A stretch of 64,000 nucleotides of DNA, taken from the NCBI GenBank assembly GCA_010909165.1, contig MU008198.1:124001-188000 (forward strand), read 5' to 3'. The DNA is from Anthoceros angustus. Taxonomy: Eukaryota > Plantae > Anthocerotophyta. This document shows positions 59,063 through 64,000 of the stretch, piece by piece. Within the stretch, counting starts at the first letter, position 1, and every line of letters begins with the position of its first letter. The position numbers and the translations under genes are program-made. The notes under the pieces were generated by a model. That model was not told the DNA's origin. It saw only the letters and a program-made list of their open reading frames with translations, and did no database searches.

Positions 59063-61976
59063 TCACAAGCACCTCACGAGCCAGCCCTTGGACTCGGTGT
59101 CGAGCATCCTCTCTCTATGCACTGGTGCAGACACGCGTAGCTTGTTAGTTGCAGCATTTGCTTCTTTCACAGTAAGCAATACAGGACTGGGAGCATTTGA
59201 GGACTCACCTCTAAAAGGTAGCTGTGAAGCCGATCTAGAGTTTGAGGAAATGTTGTGACTGTTATGTCCACTACACACATGCCCTGCACATGGTGAAAGA
59301 GAAACAGCGTCAGGGGTACTCTAAGGAGTAAAAGTGTACATTACCCCATTCTCTACCGCCTACCATTTCAGAACCAAGAGCAAGAGCATTAGATGCAGCA
59401 CCTGGGCTTCAAATGCCGTTAGGTAGTCTTGAATGACCTGCAGCTTGTAGGTCAACGCCTCCTTCTCGGCCTGTTTCATTTTCATAAGCCGGGAGCTACC
59501 CACAAGCATTTGCGCGAATAAAGTGCGGCAGCACACCGCTTGTCTACCTTGCAAACTGCACTTGACATCTCACCTGAGAAGGCTGGGAATCGCCAACCGA
59601 CCTGCTTGCTATCCACTCGTCCAAGAGAGCCTACAACACAAAACAATTCGTGTGCTAGGCACAGGCACCAATGTCAGATAACAAGCCTAGCAATGCTTGA
59701 AAACGTGATTCTGGCTCCTTTTCGTAATATACTTCACAGAAGAGCTCGAAACGGATACCCGATGGTCAGCCTCTGCCATTTTAAGAACAATTGGTACCAC
59801 AATGGACTTCGGCAGACCCCGTGTGGGAGGCTTCTCCACCTGCAGGTGACCCTTTGCATTCCGATCTCCAATACTTTGACTCTCTGCAAGATGCCTTTCA
59901 CCTTCAATAAGACTCAAGACCACACATAACACGCGTGCTCAGTACAGCATGCAACGGTGAGATTGCAAACCTGACTGGCTGATCTGGTCTGAGCGCGACT
60001 CTTCTGGCTGTCCAAATTGGGAGCTTGACTCAGAACCTACACGTGAGGCCACCTTGTTTGCACCAACACTCGATGCCTCATTCTTCTCAGCAGCTCTTTC
60101 ATCGCTGCTTCCCAAAACTGTCTTGGTTGCTGCTTCTGTTCCAACTGGAGATGATGCCTTACTAGCTTCAATCACACCTTCCTCACCACCCACAGATAGA
60201 GACACCAAATCTGGGAGAGGAATAGGCTGAGTTTCCTTGTCTGATATTGGGACTTCGGTCTTCTCGTCCATCAGATAGATTGCGGGATCCAGGTGTATGC
60301 CCTATACATAGAGTACCCACTCATGAACACAAACACAATGGTATACACGACATTTTTGAGCAAAGCCAGCAAGAACTGGCCCGAAATGCACAAAAACACT
60401 AAAATCAGCCGGATAAAATTGAGCTGGCATAATCAATTCCAAGGGGTACCTCAATGATGACTGGCTTCCCATCTTTCATAGCCTTTTTAAGGTCTCCACC
60501 TAACCCTGCAACGTTCACAGCATGAATCAAAATTCACCTCTTCTGCTTGTGCAGAACAGGATCTAAGTACACGAAAGGTGAAGGAGTTGCAGAAGAAACT
60601 TTGAACTCACACTAAGACATAAACTGTCACCCTTCCAACAAAATCATTTGCGTCGCAGGCTCAAAAGAATGGTTACAATCACTCACCTTTTCTCACTATC
60701 CGACACTCTCGACAAAATTCTGTGATCAACTCTTCTGGAGATGAAAAATCTCTTTGCCAAATCGGTACATGTGGAAGTGGGGCATTGTCAGAAAGATCAG
60801 CGGCAGATCTGAGTAGCTCATAGACCATATCTGTCTGCACATTGACAAGTGATTGTCCAGGCTCCAATCTTGCCAGAATAGACATCAGGCACACACATGT
60901 GAGTCGTGACTAGGCATGACAATGGCTGACCTGGAGAACATTGGGAAGGTTGAGACGTTGTGCTAGTTGAGTTGCAATGGTTGATTTACCCACACATGCA
61001 GTGCCACATACGATGATGACAAGAGGCACTCTCTGGTGATGAAATCTGCAAGATAAAAGTCACCCAAACGAGCTGAGAGCGGCATATCACACAGAGGACT
61101 TTGTACGTAACACAAACTGAACCCAAAGCAGGGGTGCAGGTCCTGCAACAAGAACTCCTCCCAAACAACAGTCAATTGATGATGCATAGGGTGTGCTTCC
61201 AGACCTGGTCATCATTTTGTAGCGACTGATGTACTCATCTCCATAACCACGCCTCTCCATCAGCTGCCAGAAGCATTCCTCATCAGTGAGCATAGTGCAA
61301 GGAGTGCCCACCAGGGCAGAGATGGGCTGCAGCAGGATATACCTTAAACAGATTGCCTTCCAAGTCGGATTGTGATCTGTAGAACCCCAAAACATGACAA
61401 CGAAATGTCTACTCAGCCTCAGAAGTGCTTGAAACAACAAAACAATGTAAATAAGGGAATTGCAAACAGCAACTACCACTCACTCCCTGCACACTTACAC
61501 ATCCAGTAAGCTGTTGTCTATGAGAAGTTTCTTCAATTCCAGAGCAATTTTAATGGCCACGTGATTGGGAATCTGTGATGCTCACACTCCATTCAGATGA
61601 AGACAGCAATCCACATGAGCAGCAAAGAGGAATCACAATCCAAACAACTTGGAATTCGTTAAGTGGAGGTGTAGACCTTAGTGACAGTGAGCATGCGGCT
61701 AACCAAGAAGCGTGACAGAACATAGTAATGATCCGAGTTGTCGCCTAACCACACCCTCACCTGAAAGGAGACCCTAGCATTTAGCCTTGGAAGAACCAAC
61801 AATCACCACGGCTGTAAGCAAATCAGGATCGCAGCAGGGAACAGCACCTTCACAAAATCATACTTAGATGACGTGTGCCTGGGAGGCCTGGTTATTGGCA
61901 CACTGGGCTGCGGCTGCCCTGCGTCCTCACCGTTACTCGATTCAGATCCAGATTCTAATCCTCCTAAGAGACCCAT
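59063..61976 (-). CDS. LPA1: P-loop NTPase / 2-phosphoglycerate-kinase-like protein, LPA1 (low phytic acid 1) homologue; ~14 exons (approx. 61976-61848, 61760-61677, 61572-61499, 61376-61343, 61263-61205, 61045-60931, 60834-60687, 60505-60450, 60301-59971, 59839-59759, 59630-59574, 59470-59402, 59283-59209, 59121-59063)
   Basis: The spliced product reads SSKYDFVKVRVWLGDNSDHYYVLSRFLVSRMLTVTKIPNHVAIKIALELKKLLIDNSLLDV, LMERRGYGDEYISRYKMMTRFHHQRVPLVIIVCGTACVGKST (Walker A), TDMVYELLR, EFCRECRIVRKG, KDGKPVIIEGIHLDP. Borders are GT-AG. An alternative upstream ATG lies at 62075. Confidence 0.9.
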
Positions 61977-62933
61977 GCTTTCCGGTCTGCTTCCCCGCGC
62001 ACAACGCAGCAGAGTTACACACCAGATCCCTTGAGCTCCTCGGTGCCAAGAAACGAATTCCCCACTGGACTTCAATGCCTACGAGCCATGAGGCCCCGAT
62101 GCAGCAACGTGAACTGCCTGCAGTGTTCAGTTGGATACCGATACTGGAGCGTACAACGACCGCCTCACCTTTACAATTGCAGAGACTTTCAATTTTGCAT
62201 TAGCCCGATGTGCGGATCATCAGAGGACGATCCCGATCCGTGCTCGTTGTTGGATGAGCCTGGCACGCCACATCGGCCACAGCACTTTGGACCTTCAACG
62301 GATCGAATTTAATATTTGTTTTCTAAATCACCTTTTTGGGCTCTCTAAAAACATGTAAAAGGATAGAAAGATTTTCTAGTCGAGCTGGGTAGACGGAAAG
62401 AACACTAGCCGGAAAGAAAGAAAAAATTAACAACAAGCCGGAAAGAGGGGAATAGACCCTAAACCCCTTACGAAAAACCAACCAAAAAGCCTTCAACCCC
62501 CGCCGCTTACGCTTTCGGACTTGAGCCCAGGCCGCGCTTTCGGACTTCCAGGCCGGGCATGGCGCTAACGATCAAGCCTCATGCCGCAAGCCGCGCCTCA
62601 TGACCGCAGCCTTTGGCCAGCAGCGCGGCAGTGTGGCGAAGAATCGACTGCACCAAACGAAGGCGAGGAGATCAGAAAACCATCAACCAAGGAGGGGAGG
62701 ACACCAGGAAACCAACCGAAGGGCCCCAGGGAAGGGGGGAAGGGCAAAACGATTTGGAGTGAAGGGAGTTCCCGATATGTAGGAGGGAACATCCCTGGAA
62801 ATTACCCCTAAACAAACGATTATTATCCGAAGCGGTGGATTAAAGGGTTTCACTCGATAGGTCCCGGAAGATGAATCCTGGTACATATGGGGGACTGGAT
62901 TCATCGCCGATAAATTTCCACCCGTAAATTAAA

Positions 62934-63410
62934 ATTAATTAAATCGGCCGACTGCTGGATAGGTAGTGCGTAGCGTATACGGGTGGCGCCCGGAAGGCCT
63001 TGGTCTTACACAACTGCGCACTCCAGGAAAGTGCTTGGCCCAATGCCTCTTCCGGAGAGTCCTTGCAAACACGAAGGACCTTGAAGCTGCTGCTTGTACC
63101 CAGGCATATGCTGGAGTTGTTAGCTTCAATAGGTAGTGCACCTGTTTTTCACGAAGTGTCTCTCGCTAGCCTCTCAATTCCTGGAAGGGGATTTCGGAAT
63201 TGGATTGACCGCCTATAAATTACATGGCGTCCACCAAAACAGCAAATTAAATCGGCCAACTGCTGGATACCCTGTAAGTCTGTATCCCAGCGACGCCCCA
63301 ACACACAAAACTAGAGTCCTTGCAAACACGAACCACCTTGAACCTCCTGCTTGCACCCGGGTTCGTCCTGCAGTTGTCAGCTTCGATAGTGCACCTGCTT
63401 TTCAAAATGG
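62934..63410. repeat. Imperfect local direct duplication (~62934-63150 vs ~63245-63405)
   Basis: Shared blocks aattaaatcggcc.actgctggata and agagtccttgcaaacacgaa..accttgaa...tagtgcacctg.ttttca. Confidence 0.7.
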
Positions 63411-64000
63411 GTTTCCTTTAAACTGGAAACCCTCCTGGGCGGATCCGTCATAGGGCGGTGGGAGCGGATGAAGGGGGATGTTAGAAGGAGCAAACGCTTC
63501 ACGGAGGCCCATAACGGCGGTGCCATCTCTGGTACCCGCTGCAGCAGCGTCATATTGAGCTGGTAAGCTCATTTGATTCCCGTCATTAGTCTCCTGTAAG
63601 TTGAAAGCTCCTCCACGAGAATTGCAAAATTCTATCGCCGGATACATTCCATTCCGCTGCAGAAGCCCTACGCCTACATTCATTAGCGGTCCTTCAGACC
63701 CTGAAACCTGGTTTTCCTCGCCAGTCTGTAAACCGGGCAAAGATACCATCCTGTCCGGTCATGCACATGCAAGCAAGCTTCAGAGTGTGGCTTACTGGGC
63801 ACGAAGGCGGGAAACAAGGCAGCCAAAAGAGACAAGTGTTACATCGAGTTTGACAACAGGATATGTACGTACCCGGAGAGGCCTTCAAGATTAGGCGGCG
63901 GATAATTGGTCTGAAAGGGATCAGGGTTTTCGAAACCATAGTTCTGGTGCTGAGCTTGCTGCTGCAATGCCTGCTGCTGTGCTATCTGAAGGTGTCGATT
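63402..64000 (-). CDS. Possible 3' exons of an unidentified gene entering from beyond the window (Q-rich, low complexity)
   Basis: Open frame NRHLQIAQQQALQQQAQHQNYGFENPDPF...LSG is followed by a gtacgt donor at ~63871, then ORF 63402..63749. No domain was recognised. Confidence 0.35.

Overview
Eukaryotic genomic DNA. The gene content points to a streptophyte green plant or alga, and short GT-AG introns at about 55% GC fit an algal or bryophyte-grade lineage (inference). Bases 1 to about 47 kb are a nest of transposons in noisy, indel-rich sequence. (i) Two fold-back palindromes have centres at about 1088 and about 16590; the second has arms of about 15 kb. Both turn at short native inverted microhomologies and are probably amplification, read or assembly chimeras. 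(ii) Several copies of a Ty3/Gypsy-like retroelement encode Gag (CCHC), an aspartic protease (DTG) and a DNMT3-like C5 cytosine methyltransferase, followed by a PHD-finger remnant. RT, RNaseH and integrase are absent, and the ends have an unusual A...B-A-B split-repeat layout. (iii) CACTA/EnSpm transposase relics are present, one split by a 20-kb TIR-bounded element with a 3-bp AAG target duplication. (iv) An intronless ORF for a bacterial-style beta-class N4C/N6A DNA methyltransferase starts right at a retroelement end. Bases about 47-64 kb are cleaner and gene-bearing: a TA-flanked MITE, a CHAT-domain fragment, microsatellites, a 5-exon RAY1-like GT77 glycosyltransferase gene (+), a multi-exon LPA1-like P-loop kinase gene (-), and possibly the 3' part of an unidentified gene at the window end.
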